Shown here piece after piece: positions 52,171-64,000 of a stretch of DNA of 64,000 nt. Origin of the DNA: Octopus vulgaris. Lineage: Eukaryota. Location of the stretch: positions 11,346,001 through 11,410,000 of the forward strand of contig OX597839.1 in the NCBI GenBank assembly GCA_951406725.2, written 5' to 3'. The translations under genes were made by a program, and so were the position numbers. How positions within the stretch are numbered: the stretch's first letter is position 1; each line of letters opens with the position of its first letter. The notes under the pieces were generated by a model. It worked only from the letters and a program-made list of their open reading frames with translations, did not search any database and was not told where the DNA came from.

Positions 52171-54072
52171 AGATAAGGTTGTGTTCCAAAGGTCCTGCTT
52201 GGAAACAGCAAGGGTGTTTGAGAGAGAGTTTTGGCTGTTATTTCTAAGAGAACTCCAGTGACCACACAGGCTCGTTTGTTGAGACTGCTAACAGCAGAGA
52301 AAAGCATCAACGCCGCCGAATCTCGTGCTGTATCTAGTCCTAGATCTCACATTTGTGTGAAGGGGAGAAAATTGTTATTCGATATGTGTATTTATATATG
52401 TTTATATATGTATATCTACACACGTATGTTATACGTGTATTTGGTCAAGGCAGTGTGTTTTAACGGCTGTTTTTGTTTTATGTAGTGTTATTTGCATGTA
52501 TGTATATATGCGTGTATATAAACAAACATGGGCTGAAGGATCTACTCAACACATTTTAAGTAGGGCGTCACATTTATTTGTAAAAGAAAATTGTTGATAG
52601 TGACTTCGTGAAATTTCGCCAGTTTGTTGGCTTCGAAGTCCCTGTCAACCTTTTTTCCTTGTAAAAATAAATTATTATACAAAGGCACGTGAGGATATAT
52701 TTTCTTTTGTAGAATCTACCAAAAAACAAAAAAAAAACCACATTAAACGATTAGCTTAGAGCTATGAAAATTAAGTAGTCAACGCGTGTGTGTGTGTGTG
52801 TGTATATATATATATCTGTGTGTATATATATATGTGTGTGTGTGTGCGTACAGATATGAATGTATATATGCTTGTGCGTGCGTGTATATGTATATGTGTG
52901 CAGGTATGTGTGTGTGTGTGTATATCTGGATCTATGGGTTTGTATGTAATGTGTGTGTGTATAGATAACACCCACACACACACACACCTGTCTTATATTT
53001 ATGTGTTTGTAATGTCTGTTTCTATGTACATAATGCGTGTATATTGAAAGAAATCCTTGTGTTCACAACAAATCGTTTGTGCTTCGTTCAGCAGACAGTA
53101 TAAAGCTATGTAGCTGTCGACTTGTTTTGTAGTGCTGTCAGCCTTTTAAGAGCGAGGCGAGCAGCTCTGTGAGAGCTAGTAGCATTAGCAGCAGCAGTGG
53201 TAGCGGTGTCAGTAGGCAGAAGACTATAACGTTGGCTCACTGACTTGCGACTCCCTCGCTCGCTCTCTCCTCTTACCATCACTCCCCTTCTCGCACTTGG
53301 CTGCGGCCACTTACACCAGTGAATTAGCGCGCCAATTAACGTAGCAGATGTGTGTGTATGTATGTATATTTTTGTTTAGACAAACACATACACGCATCTC
53401 CGCGTGTATATAAAAACCACTTGTGTAGATACGTATGCGTGTGTGTATATATGTAAGTATATATCCTGTACTTGTTTCAGGCATTACTGCGACCATGCTG
53501 GGGCACCTCCTTCAACGATACTAATTTTTTAAAGCCTGGTGCTTATTCTGTCGATTTCTTTTGTGGAATCGCTAATTTATAGGAACGTTAGCAAACCAAC
53601 ACCGGTTGTTAAGCGGGGGTAAGTGACATACACACACACACACACACACGACGGGCTTCTTTCAGTTTCCGTCTACCTAATCTACTCAAAGCTTTGGTCG
53701 GCCCAGTTGCTTTACTGGATGTAGGATTGAACCCAGAATATTGCAGTTGTTGGACAAACTTCTTAACGCACGACCACGCCAGCGACTATCCATATTTACA
53801 TTTTTCAAATTTTGCCTTCCATTCTTGGATGTGGGGTGGGGTGATAAAATACAGCACCAAGTATTAGGGTCAGTGTAATCGACTTGTCCCCACCCTTTAA
53901 AACCTGCTCACCTTGTGTCAAAATTAGAAAGTGGGGTTTTGTATGTGCCCTTCGCTCCTCCGGTGTCAGTCCATAAAATAAGATCCTGGGACCAATGGTA
54001 TCTGCTACTTTTTCTCCCTCAAAACTCTTGGACTTAAATTAGAAACAAATATTAGGGACAATATACTGTATA

Positions 54073-54102
<30 letters not shown>

Positions 54103-54103
<1 letters not shown>

Positions 54104-54290
54104 CATCATCATTTAACGTCCGTTTTCCATGCTAGCATGGGTTGGACGGTTCGACCAGGGTCTGGTAAGCCATGGAGGCTGCACTAGGCTCTAGTCTGAT
54201 TTGGCAGTGTTTCTACAGCTGGATGCCCTTCCTAACGCCAACCACTCCGTGAGTGTAGTGGGTGTTTTTCATGTGCCACCGGTACAGGGG
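54103..54290 (-). mobile_element. Family D retroelement
   Basis: Matches 42225-42450. Confidence 0.82.
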
Positions 54291-54921
54291 CCAGAGCAAG
54301 CCTCATATATGCATTGCTATATATGTGTATGTATATATAAACAAAACAAGAACGTAACAGGCGACAACAAAAGATCCGGACAGTTAAATGATATAAAAAA
54401 GTACAGGTCATTTGGAGCTTTCTATTGTCAGTCGAGTTCCAGATCATTGTTACAGTTTCAGCTGGTTACACTTGAGACTGCTCCAATCTGGCTGGCCCCA
54501 AGAAGATCTAAGCTAAGGAAGAAAGCAAGTGAATGTATATGTGTGGCACCTTGGGCAAGAGTCTTCTGTAGCTTGCCTCAAGCCAACCAAAGCCTTGTGT
54601 GTGGATTTCATAGCTGGAAACTGAAAGATGCCTGCCATGTATAAATGTGTGTGTGTCTTTTGTCTGTGCTTGTCTCCATCACCACTTGACAACTGGTTTT
54701 TGTGTGTACTTCAACAAGTTCAGCAAAAGAAACCAATACCAGGATTTTAAAAAAAACAAAAATAGGTATTGGCATGGCTATATGGTAAGAAGCTTGCTTC
54801 GCATCCTCATTGTTTCAGGTTCAGACCCACTGCATGACACCTTGGACAAGTGTCTCTACTATAGCCTAAAACCAACCAAAGTCTTGTGAGTGGATTTTGT
54901 AGTTGGAAACTAAAAGAGGCA

Positions 54922-54960
<39 letters not shown>

Positions 54961-55507
54961 TCTGTCCCTGTAACCTAGCAGTTCAACAAAGTAGATCAAT
55001 AAAATAAGTACCAGGCTTAAAAGAAGAAGCACTGGGGCTGATTCATTCAACTAAAAATTCTTCAAGGCAATGCCCCAGCATGGCCACAGTGTAATGACTG
55101 AAACAAGTATTTAAAGATAAATGCTGAAGTTAAATCTGTTACTACTTTTACAGATCTCTGAGTCTGCTTTCTCTGTCTCTGACTCTCTCTCCCTCTCTCT
55201 CTTCATCTCTCTCTCTCTCTCTCTCACACACACTGTAAGAAAACAAAAATAATGACAGTCACTCAGGCAGACAAACTGACTGACTTCTGTGAATAGAATA
55301 CAGTGTTAACTGACACACAACCATTGTAAAACTTTGGTGAGTCTAGGACTTGAGTGCAAAAATACTTGATCACTATCTGGAGCATCATAGCTAGCTACCA
55401 TTACCACCACTGTCACAGCTATCTTCAGTACCACAACCATTATATTTTGTGGCATACAAGTAGAATTTTTTGGACCAAAATTTACAGCCAAAAAATGTAG
55501 GTTGATT

Positions 55508-55918
55508 GGATCATTTTGGTTTGAATGGCAGTTTTTTCTAGCAGTGTCATATGAAATTGTCACCCATAATTATGACCCTAGTATCAATCTCTTGCATTTC
55601 AATCTGTTTTAGGGTTAGGGGTGCGGTAAGGGTATCTTTTTTCCTTCACAAATGTAAATAAACCCAATCTGTTTCTGAAACGAGGGACATATTCATACGG
55701 CACAGAATGTTGTCTACCTCAATGGACGTCATTGATTGGTTGAAATTGCAGAAATTGAAGAAAAAAAAACAACAAATATCTTACTAACTATAGAATTTTC
55801 TCAATAAAGCCAAAAGAAAAAGATGTTTTATGAACACATTCTACCAGTATACGAAGTTTAAATTTTTTTAGTTACTTAGAAATCATGTTAAAAACTGCCG
55901 TTCAAACCGAGAAGATCT
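55508..55918 (-). mobile_element. MITE family G, full length, 8-bp TSD ggttgatt
   Basis: TSD at 55500-55507 and 55919-55926; reverse-complement match to 46310-46723. Confidence 0.9.
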
Positions 55919-56889
55919 GGTTGATTTATGTACCAAAATGACTTAGGAAGTTGGGGAATTCCTTGCAAGATGTAGAGTTTGGAAAAGATATTGACATGTT
56001 TCAGTGTTTACACAATATGTAACTTCTTGGACTTGTATGCTGGAAAATATGATAGTTACCTTTACTAACCATCTCCAATACTACAGCTAGCTACCTTTCA
56101 TTACTACCACTCTCACTACTATCTCCAACTCTACAGTGAACTATATTTATCGACCCCGAAAGTATGAAAGGCAAAGTCGACCTTGGCGGAATTTGAACTC
56201 AGAACGTAACGGCAGACGAAATATGGCTAAGCATTTCGCCTGTTGTACTAACGTTTCTGCCAGCTCACCGCCAAAACTGCACCTAACTACCATTATTACT
56301 ACTACTATTTCTATCATCAATACTGCACCTAACAACCATTACTACTACAATCACCACTGCAGCCACCGCCAACACAGTATTATCACAGCCATGACCACTA
56401 GTAGCAGTCCAACCACTGGCTTGCTGAGTGGGGTAGAAAGGATTAGCGGTTCTCTATTGAGTGTGGACTGGATGTTAATTACTTGACCCACTGACCTATT
56501 TCTCCTCTATGTATGTAAAGAGGTGGGAGGTGAGAAGGTCAGTCGGCGAAATCAAAAGGAATGACTTAATTATGTTGTATAATAATTTGAGCATTATTCA
56601 TTTATGAGAGCAGCTTTTACTTCGGCTTATTTCTTTCAATGTGGTTCGGCTTCTCTTTTATTGAAATATTTTCTTTTATATTTTATTTTTTACTTCTTTC
56701 AATCGTTGGATTGTGGTCATACTGGGGCACTGTCTCAAAGGGTTAATTGAACAAATCAACCCCAGTCCTTTTGTTTTTTTTGTTTTTCTTCTTTGTTTTT
56801 AAAGTACGGTACTTTCTCCGTTAGTTCTTTTGCCATATTTGCTCAAGTTAAGCAGTGGTGGGGGGTCAAACAAGACACAGATACACACG

Positions 56890-57095
56890 TGACAGGTTGC
56901 TGAAAAATTCCTCGCTTTGGGTAAAAGAAAATACAGGAGGATCAGTTAGTTTTGATCTTATTCAACATATTCCCCTCTCAGATTCACACACTTCTGGCAG
57001 TAGGCCCCCAATTTTTCTAAGCCCTGTAAAAAAAAAACTTGGAAGGTTGGGCCTCCAACCAGGCCTTTCACAGGAGCTTTTCAGTACTTCCTCAT
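56890..57095 (-). mobile_element. Mariner-derived MITE nested in an old SINE A
   Basis: Homologous to 23551-23764. Confidence 0.7.
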
Positions 57096-57107
57096 ATATA
57101 TATATTT

Positions 57108-57447
57108 GGGACCCCCTTCGGTCATGAATGACCATGAGTTTGCACCTAGAAAGTTACCCTCCCAGGCACAAGTCTGGGCAAGATTGTTTATGGAAGACCA
57201 GCAGTCGCCCATGCATACCGGCCTCCCCTCTCCATGCCACCAGTGTTATCCAAGGGAAAGGCAAAGGGGCCCGATACAGCTTGGCACCAATGACGTCGCA
57301 ACTCATTTCTACAGCTGAGTGAACTGGAGCAACGTGAAATAAAGTGTCTTGCTCAAGAACACAACACACAGCCCGGTCCGGGATTCAAGCTCACAACCTC
57401 ACAATTGTAAGCTCAACGCTCTAACCACTGAGCCATGCGCCCTCACT
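57108..57447 (-). mobile_element. SINE family C
   Basis: Close match to 4817-5155. Confidence 0.9.
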
Positions 57448-58187
57448 TATACATATATATATATATATATATAAATATATATGGATGATGGGCTTTCAGT
57501 TTCTGTCTGCCAAATCCACTCACAAGGCTTTGGTTGGCCTGAGGCTATAGTAGAAGACACTTGCCCAGGGTGCCCATGCCTGCACCAATGTATGCATATT
57601 TCTATATAATCGTGTGCATGTATGTGTTCAAGTCACAGAAAGTGTTGTTATCAAAATTATATACATATGTTTTAAAGTACCCATATTGACACTGTATTTC
57701 AATTGGGCCAATCTCATCATCATCAGGTGCCTTAGTTCTGTATATGTACATTATACTAGACAAGATCTAAAAAAAGGGAATGTAGTACTGCTATATCCCT
57801 TTGTGACAAGGTGTATAAGACTTTTACATTTTACTTAGTTCAGTCATTAGACTGCAGCCGTGGCAGGGGCACTATCGTGAACAGTTGATTGAATGAATCA
57901 ACCCCAGGTACTTCTAAGCCTAGTACTGATTCTATAGGTCTGTTTTGCCAAACTGCTAAGTTACATGGAAATAAACACACCAACATCAGTTGTCCTGCAG
58001 CAGTGAAGCGCAAACATAGACACAAAGAGACACACACACACACACACAACAGGCTTCTTTCAGTTTCTGTCTACCAAACCCATTCACAATGGCTTTGGTT
58101 GGCCCAAGGCTGTAGCAGAAGACACTTACTCGAGGTGCCACACAGTGGGATTGAACCTGGAACCATGTGGTTAAGAAACAAACTTCT

Positions 58188-58410
58188 TATTTCTTTATTG
58201 CCCACAAGGGGCTAAACATAGAGGGAGCACACAAGGACAGACAAAGGGATTAAGTCAATTACATCGACCCCAGCGAAACTAGTACTTAATTTATTGACCC
58301 CAAAACGATGAAAGGCAAAGTCGACCTCGGCAGAATTTGAACTCAGAACGTTAAAGACAGACGAAATACCACTAAGCATTTCGCCCGCCTTGCTAACGTT
58401 TCTGCCAGCG
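58188..58410 (-). mobile_element. SINE family B inserted in the head of a SINE A copy (57826-58188)
   Basis: Match. Confidence 0.85.
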
Positions 58411-59145
58411 CACATATTGCATTCTGCCTGTGCATATTGCTGTTCATAAATTAGAAATAAATGTTTCTGGTTCAAATCCACATCTGGAGCTGTGTACACA
58501 TCTAGTGTTTGTGTGGTGGGGGTGCATGTGTGCGTAAGAGTATTATATTTGTGTATGCATGCAAATCTATGCAGATGTGTGCATAGAACTCTTGTGTATG
58601 TGTGTGTATAAAACCAGATGTATGTGTAGAACTCTCTGTGTGTGTGTGTTCACAGCTGTTGCTATTTCAAGGCTTGCTACCTCTCCAAGCACCATGTACA
58701 CACACAGCACCTGTCTCTGCATGTATGTCCACACACACACACACACACACACAGAGTTAAGTTTGCTTGTGGTAAGAGTTATTTTTGTTGTTGTTTTCTT
58801 CCTTTGAAGGGGTAGATGTTTGAATGGGGTGGATTTTTTTTTTTCTTCTTCATTTCTGTAAACCTGTTGGGAAATCTTGTTCAATGAATATAATCATGAA
58901 CAGCTGTATGTATAGAGACTAAACAGTAGTAGTAGTAGTAGCAGCAGCAGCAGTAACAATGCCAACATGGTTAACAGTTTAGGTGGTGCTGTTGTTGATG
59001 ATGATGATGATGCTAGACCGTCCATAATGAAACATTGTGTTAGGATTCATGGAACCCCTTTTGTTACCAAATTTCTGTTGCTATACATTGCCTTTGCTTC
59101 AATTAACTAGTAAAGAATTTATCAAAATAACTTTGCCCTTTTTAA

Positions 59146-59346
59146 CCCTTTAGCATTCAGATTACCCTGTCAAATGTATTGTTTTGAATTAATAATGCAT
59201 TATCTTTTAACTTAAAAGTTTAAATGATGTGATTGTATATCTTTAAAATGGCATGGTAGGATAGGTATAAAAGGTTGAATCAGGTCGTTTTTTGCATAAA
59301 ACATAAAATATTTGGGCTGGTTATGGATGGTTGAAATACTGAAGGG
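59146..59346 (+). mobile_element. piggyBac-type MITE nested in another MITE (family also at ~4290-4512)
   Basis: ttaa|ccctttagcattcag ... actgaaggg|ttta. Confidence 0.65.
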
Positions 59347-60138
59347 TTTAAGCTGGTATTTGAAACATTAATTAACACGAAATTTTGATGGAAGGCTTTC
59401 ATTTAGATCACTTTAAAACTAGGGGTGGTCTCAGTTGGAGTGGTGGTGCATGCATAGAACAAATTAAATGAGTAATTGAGTGGAAACTTAACCAGTGAGT
59501 GTGTTAAATCATAAGGCACTAAAAGAGAATGACTCTCCCCAGACACAACAAAATATGCTTCAACACACGAACTCACATAAAGAATCTTGAAACCAAATTT
59601 CAAAAATGAAATATATATACATACATACATACATACATACACATATATATATATGGAGAGAGAGAGGTGTACTAAAATGTCACTTAGTAGCTTACTGTAA
59701 AGCATTAGTTGTTTTACTGCTGGTAAAACAACAAGCAGTAAATTTAGGCTAAGATGTTGTAGCAGTTGGGAGTCTTTCTGGGGGTGTGGTGACCTTATGT
59801 CTAGGCTTCTGATGCGCCCTTGGTATATTACTGCTATTTTAACAGAAGGTTTCAAGTCAACAGAAGTGAAAGGCAACTGAACTGTAAATGATTCATGTGG
59901 TGCCAGTTTGGTGCCTTGTGTGTTAGATTATTATTACGGCAACAAGCTAGCAGAACTGTTAGAATGCCAGACTTAGCAGCATTTTGTCTGTCTTTACTTT
60001 TTGAGTTCAAATTCCGCCTAGGTTTGACTTTGCATTTCATCTTTTCGGGGTTAATAAAATAAGTACTAGTCACGATCAATGTAATTAATGTCATCCCAAC
60101 TCTTATAAAACAGCTGCTCTTGTGCCAAAATTTGAAAC

Positions 60139-60171
<33 letters not shown>

Positions 60172-60397
60172 GGCAGCGATCTGGCAGAATCATTAGCACA
60201 TCAGGCAAAATGCTTAGCAGCATGTTGTTCATCATTACATTCTGAGTTCAAATTTCGCCAAGGTCAACCTCTGCCTTTCATCATTGTAAGTATGAGTTTC
60301 ATACTGGGGCCCGGTGTAAGTGACTAGCTCCCCTCCCACCAAAATTTCAGACCTTGTGCTTGTAGTAGAGATTATTATTATTATTATTATTATTATT

Positions 60398-60760
60398 TGA
60401 GTGAGAGAGCAGTGCATGCCATCAAAGTGACACTGGGGTAAAATATACGAAGCCCAGTATACCCATCATGACTACCCGTCTGATAAGGATACACCAGGCA
60501 CATACATCACAACCATATGTGCGCGACATGATGATCTCATATCAAGATAAACAGCACATGACCTTGCAGGTGGGGCCCAGTTAGAATTTTCTTCTGGTCA
60601 AGTAACACATCCTGCTCAAAAGGTCCCTGAATAAGGGTTGTTTAAGGATGTTGAACAAAACACCCATGTTTCCAGAGGTGAATTATTCAAACCCCAAAGA
60701 ATCCCTCTCAACACATGGCTGTGATGCTCCCCCACTACTTCTGCTCGTGATCAAAGATGC
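60398..60760 (-). mobile_element. Unclassified retroelement 3' end (family E) with a (TAA)n tail
   Basis: Complex sequence ending gcatgcactgctctctcactc then (aat)n on the minus strand; single copy in the window. Confidence 0.5.
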
Positions 60761-60761
60761 G

Positions 60762-60943
60762 CTTGACAACTGATGCTGGTATGTTTGTGTCCCCGTAACT
60801 TAGCGGTTCGGCAAAAGAGTGACCGATAGAATAAAGTACTAGGCTTACAAAGAATAAGTCCTGGGGTCGATTTGCTCGACTAAGGGCGGTGCTCCAGCAT
60901 GGCCACAGTCAAATGACTGAAACAAGTAAATGAGAAGCCTGTC

Positions 60944-60982
<39 letters not shown>

Positions 60983-61200
60983 CGTGTGTGTGTCTGTGTT
61001 TGTGTGTCTGTGTTTGTCCCCCTAGCATTGCTTGACAACCGATGCTGGTATGTTTACGTCCCCGTCACTTAGCGGTTCGGCAAAAGAGACAGATAGAATA
61101 AAGTACTAGGCTTACAAAGAATAAGTCCTGGGGTCGATTTGCTCGACTAAGGGCGGTGCTCCAGCATGGCCACAGTCAAATGACTGAAACAAGTAAATGA
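60762..61200 (+). mobile_element. Tandem duplicated 3' halves of SINE A
   Basis: 60762-60932 is repeated at 61031-61200. Confidence 0.85.
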
Positions 61201-61514
61201 GTAAATGAATGAGTACATAAACGCTGAAGTAAATCTGTTACTATTTTCACAGATCTGTAAGTTTGCCTCTTGGAGTCTGTCTGTCAGTCTGTCTTTCTCT
61301 CTTTCTCTCTCACACACCCACACACACACCGAGAAAGAAAGAAAGAAACCATAAATAAAGCCAGACAGACAGACACAGGCAGACAGACTGACTGACTGCT
61401 GTGAACAGAATATGGTTAGTGTTAACTGACACACAACCATTGTAAGATGTCTGTTTGTTTTAGAAGACATATTATGCTGACTTAATCACTAAACTACTAT
61501 TAACTTTTCCTTTC

Positions 61515-61615
61515 CTGCACACACACACACACACACAGATTCTCACACACACACAGACTCTCACACACACTCACACAAACACACACACACACACACACAC
61601 AGAGACACTCACACA

Positions 61616-61700
<85 letters not shown>
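61515..61700. repeat. (CA)n microsatellite
   Basis: Seen directly. Confidence 0.95.
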
Positions 61701-61704
<4 letters not shown>

Positions 61705-61943
61705 GGCTCTATATATCTATTGCAAATATAGTAAATGTTCGCTTTAATATCACTGACAATTTCCTCCTCCTCCTAAACCCTGTCCACCTCTTATCTTCTC
61801 TACTTGACATCTATTTACCACACCAACCAGCAAACCAGCCAGCCAGCCAGACCCACCCGCCCCACCTCCTGCTCCACCACTCAGATGTGATGCAAGCCAT
61901 AATTTATCACAGTTCTACTGCATCTATCATCTGCATGTCATCA

Positions 61944-61975
<32 letters not shown>

Positions 61976-62635
61976 CCTCATTGCACTTAAACACAACAAC
62001 AAGAACTACCACTACCACCACCACCATCATCACCTCACCTCCACTTGTCTCCACCATCAGCCATCCTCATTTTGGTTTTACACAATCTAAGCCTTGCATC
62101 TCTGCACCTTATGAGATGCGCTTTCAGAGAGGCCAGAGAGGTTACAATCTTTATTTCATTGATATTACATCATCAGTAGTTTTGTTTTTTTGTTGTTTTG
62201 TTCTGTTGTTTTTCTTTTTGTTTCTGTTCTTTTGTTACTTGTGTGATATCTTCAACCACGATATTATTCTTAAAGACCTCATCCAACAAATTATTAATAC
62301 CCCACTCTTTCTCTCTTTCCCCCCCTCTCTCTCTTTCTCTCTTTCTCTCACACACACACCTCAATCAGATACACCACTCACTAATTTTATTGTAAGTAAT
62401 GAACTCCTCTCTACCCAGTACCTGCAGCCATAGTACGTCTGAGAAGCTCTTAATTCCTCCTCACTCGGTTCTAGCAGCCTTTGTATATCCGAGAAACTCC
62501 TAACTTCTCTTCACTTCACTTAATACCAGCAGCAGTCCTATGTCCAAGAAACCATGAAATCTTCTTCATTCAATTAAAGCCAGCCATCATGTTGCATTCA
62601 TCAGTTCTCTCCTAAAAATATTCCCCCTTTGTTAT

Positions 62636-63037
62636 TTTTATACTGCCCACAAGGGGCTACACCCAGAGGGGACAAACAAGGACAGAGAAACGGATTAAGT
62701 CGATTATATCGACCCTAGTGCGTAACTGGTACTTATTTAATTGACCTCGAAAGGATGAAAGGCAAAGTCGACCTCGGCGTAATTTGAACTCAGAACGTAG
62801 CGGCAGATGAAATACTTATTTCTTTACTGTCGACAAGGGGCTACACACAGAGGGGACAAACAAGGACAGAAGAACGGATTAAGTTGATTATATCGACTCC
62901 AGTTCGTAACTGGTACTTAATTTATCGACCCCGAAAGGATGAAAGGCAAAGTCAACCTCGGCGGAGTTTGAACTCAGAATGTAACAGCAGACGAAATACC
63001 ACTAAGCATTTCGCCTGTCATGCTAACGTTTCTGCCC
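62636..63037 (-). mobile_element. SINE B tandem dimer
   Basis: Junction gaaatact|tatttc at ~62816. Confidence 0.88.
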
Positions 63038-63212
63038 CTTTGTTGTTTGTTGTTGTTTATCCCTTGGTCAGACTTCTACTTTGACAATACATTCATTTAT
63101 CGAATAATGTGAAGACAGTTTGACTGCTACTTCTTGCAGGTCAATCGATTATGTCAAGGCCCCCTTGGCGTGTTACTGTTGTTGCTGTCCAACTCCAGGG
63201 TGAGTCTTGATG

Positions 63213-63255
<43 letters not shown>

Positions 63256-64000
63256 TATAATGGTTTCAAATTTCAGCACAAGGCCAGCAATTTTAAGGGG
63301 AGGATTAAGTCAGTTACACTGACTCCAGTGCTCAACTGGTACTTCATTTTATGTCCCTTGGCAAAAGAGACTGATAGAATGAGTAGCAGGGCCTAAAAAT
63401 AAAAGTACTGCTATTGATTTATTCTACTAAAACCCTTCAGAATGATGCCCCAGCATGACCACCACTGTTAGAAGACTGAAAGAAATGATGAAGGATTTGT
63501 CTGATGGCCACCCTCTGTGATTTGCTCCTTTGTTCAGAAACTAATTGCACCGGGGAAACGAAGTAAAAGCCAAGTCATTAAGAAAATATTTCATGATGAA
63601 ACTGTTTTAATCGTGTTTCTGTTTATTGGGCAACATCCCCCCCACCACCACCGTTCCTCGTGCTATTTCTTTTTAATTGACTCCGAAGTACATTGCAACA
63701 TCATATTTCATATTTTTACACTTGTTTGTCGGATGTTGTTGATAGAAATATTACCAGCCACCAGGTAGCTGTAGCAGTGTTGTAGTGATAGTTCTGTGGT
63801 GGTGGTGGTGGTGGTTATAGTGTTTGTGGTGGTTATAGTGTTTGTGGTGGCTCTAGTAGTGTTGTGGTAGATCTGTGTGTATATTTACATGCAGTAGATG
63901 TATATACACACACACATCTTTTATTGTTTACTTGTTTCAGTCATTAGACTGTGGCCATGCTGGGGCACTGCCTTGAAGAATTTTTTTAAATCAAATGAAT

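Noticed and set aside
54340-54530. Another insert next to (AT)n, examined for a hammerhead
   Set aside because: No core plus stems I-III could be built; left unclassified

Overview
AT-rich, microsatellite-dense eukaryotic DNA with no convincing intact protein-coding exon. The repeat content (several tRNA-derived SINE families with CORE- or Meta-like bodies, RTE/CR1 3' fragments, MITEs, very long (AT)n/(GT)n/(GATA)n tracts) matches what I recognise as an octopod cephalopod genome (inference). The window is probably a large intron or intergenic region, and most listed ORFs are artefacts of simple repeats or SINEs. The only protein-coding relics I can support are a decayed Penelope-like retroelement (RT plus C-terminal GIY-YIG, about 33.4-34.4 kb), CR1 and RTE ORF2 C-termini, and a mariner transposase C-terminus inside a MITE. 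Main observations: (i) small (AT)n-embedded elements carrying minimal Penelope-type hammerhead motifs, one with an A3-U8 compensatory swap of the conserved C3-G8 core pair; (ii) a 22-bp minisatellite whose unit resembles an MTF-1 metal-response element (11 perfect cores); (iii) SINE multimers that recur with one junction, plus a candidate partner-LINE 3' end; (iv) a CpG-preserved domain at about 47-53.8 kb, probably an unmethylated regulatory region; (v) several local duplications, one circularly permuted and one with a codon-like substitution bias; (vi) long near-perfect inverted repeats. Family letters A-G are my own labels for this window. Coordinates were read by eye and may be off by a few bases.
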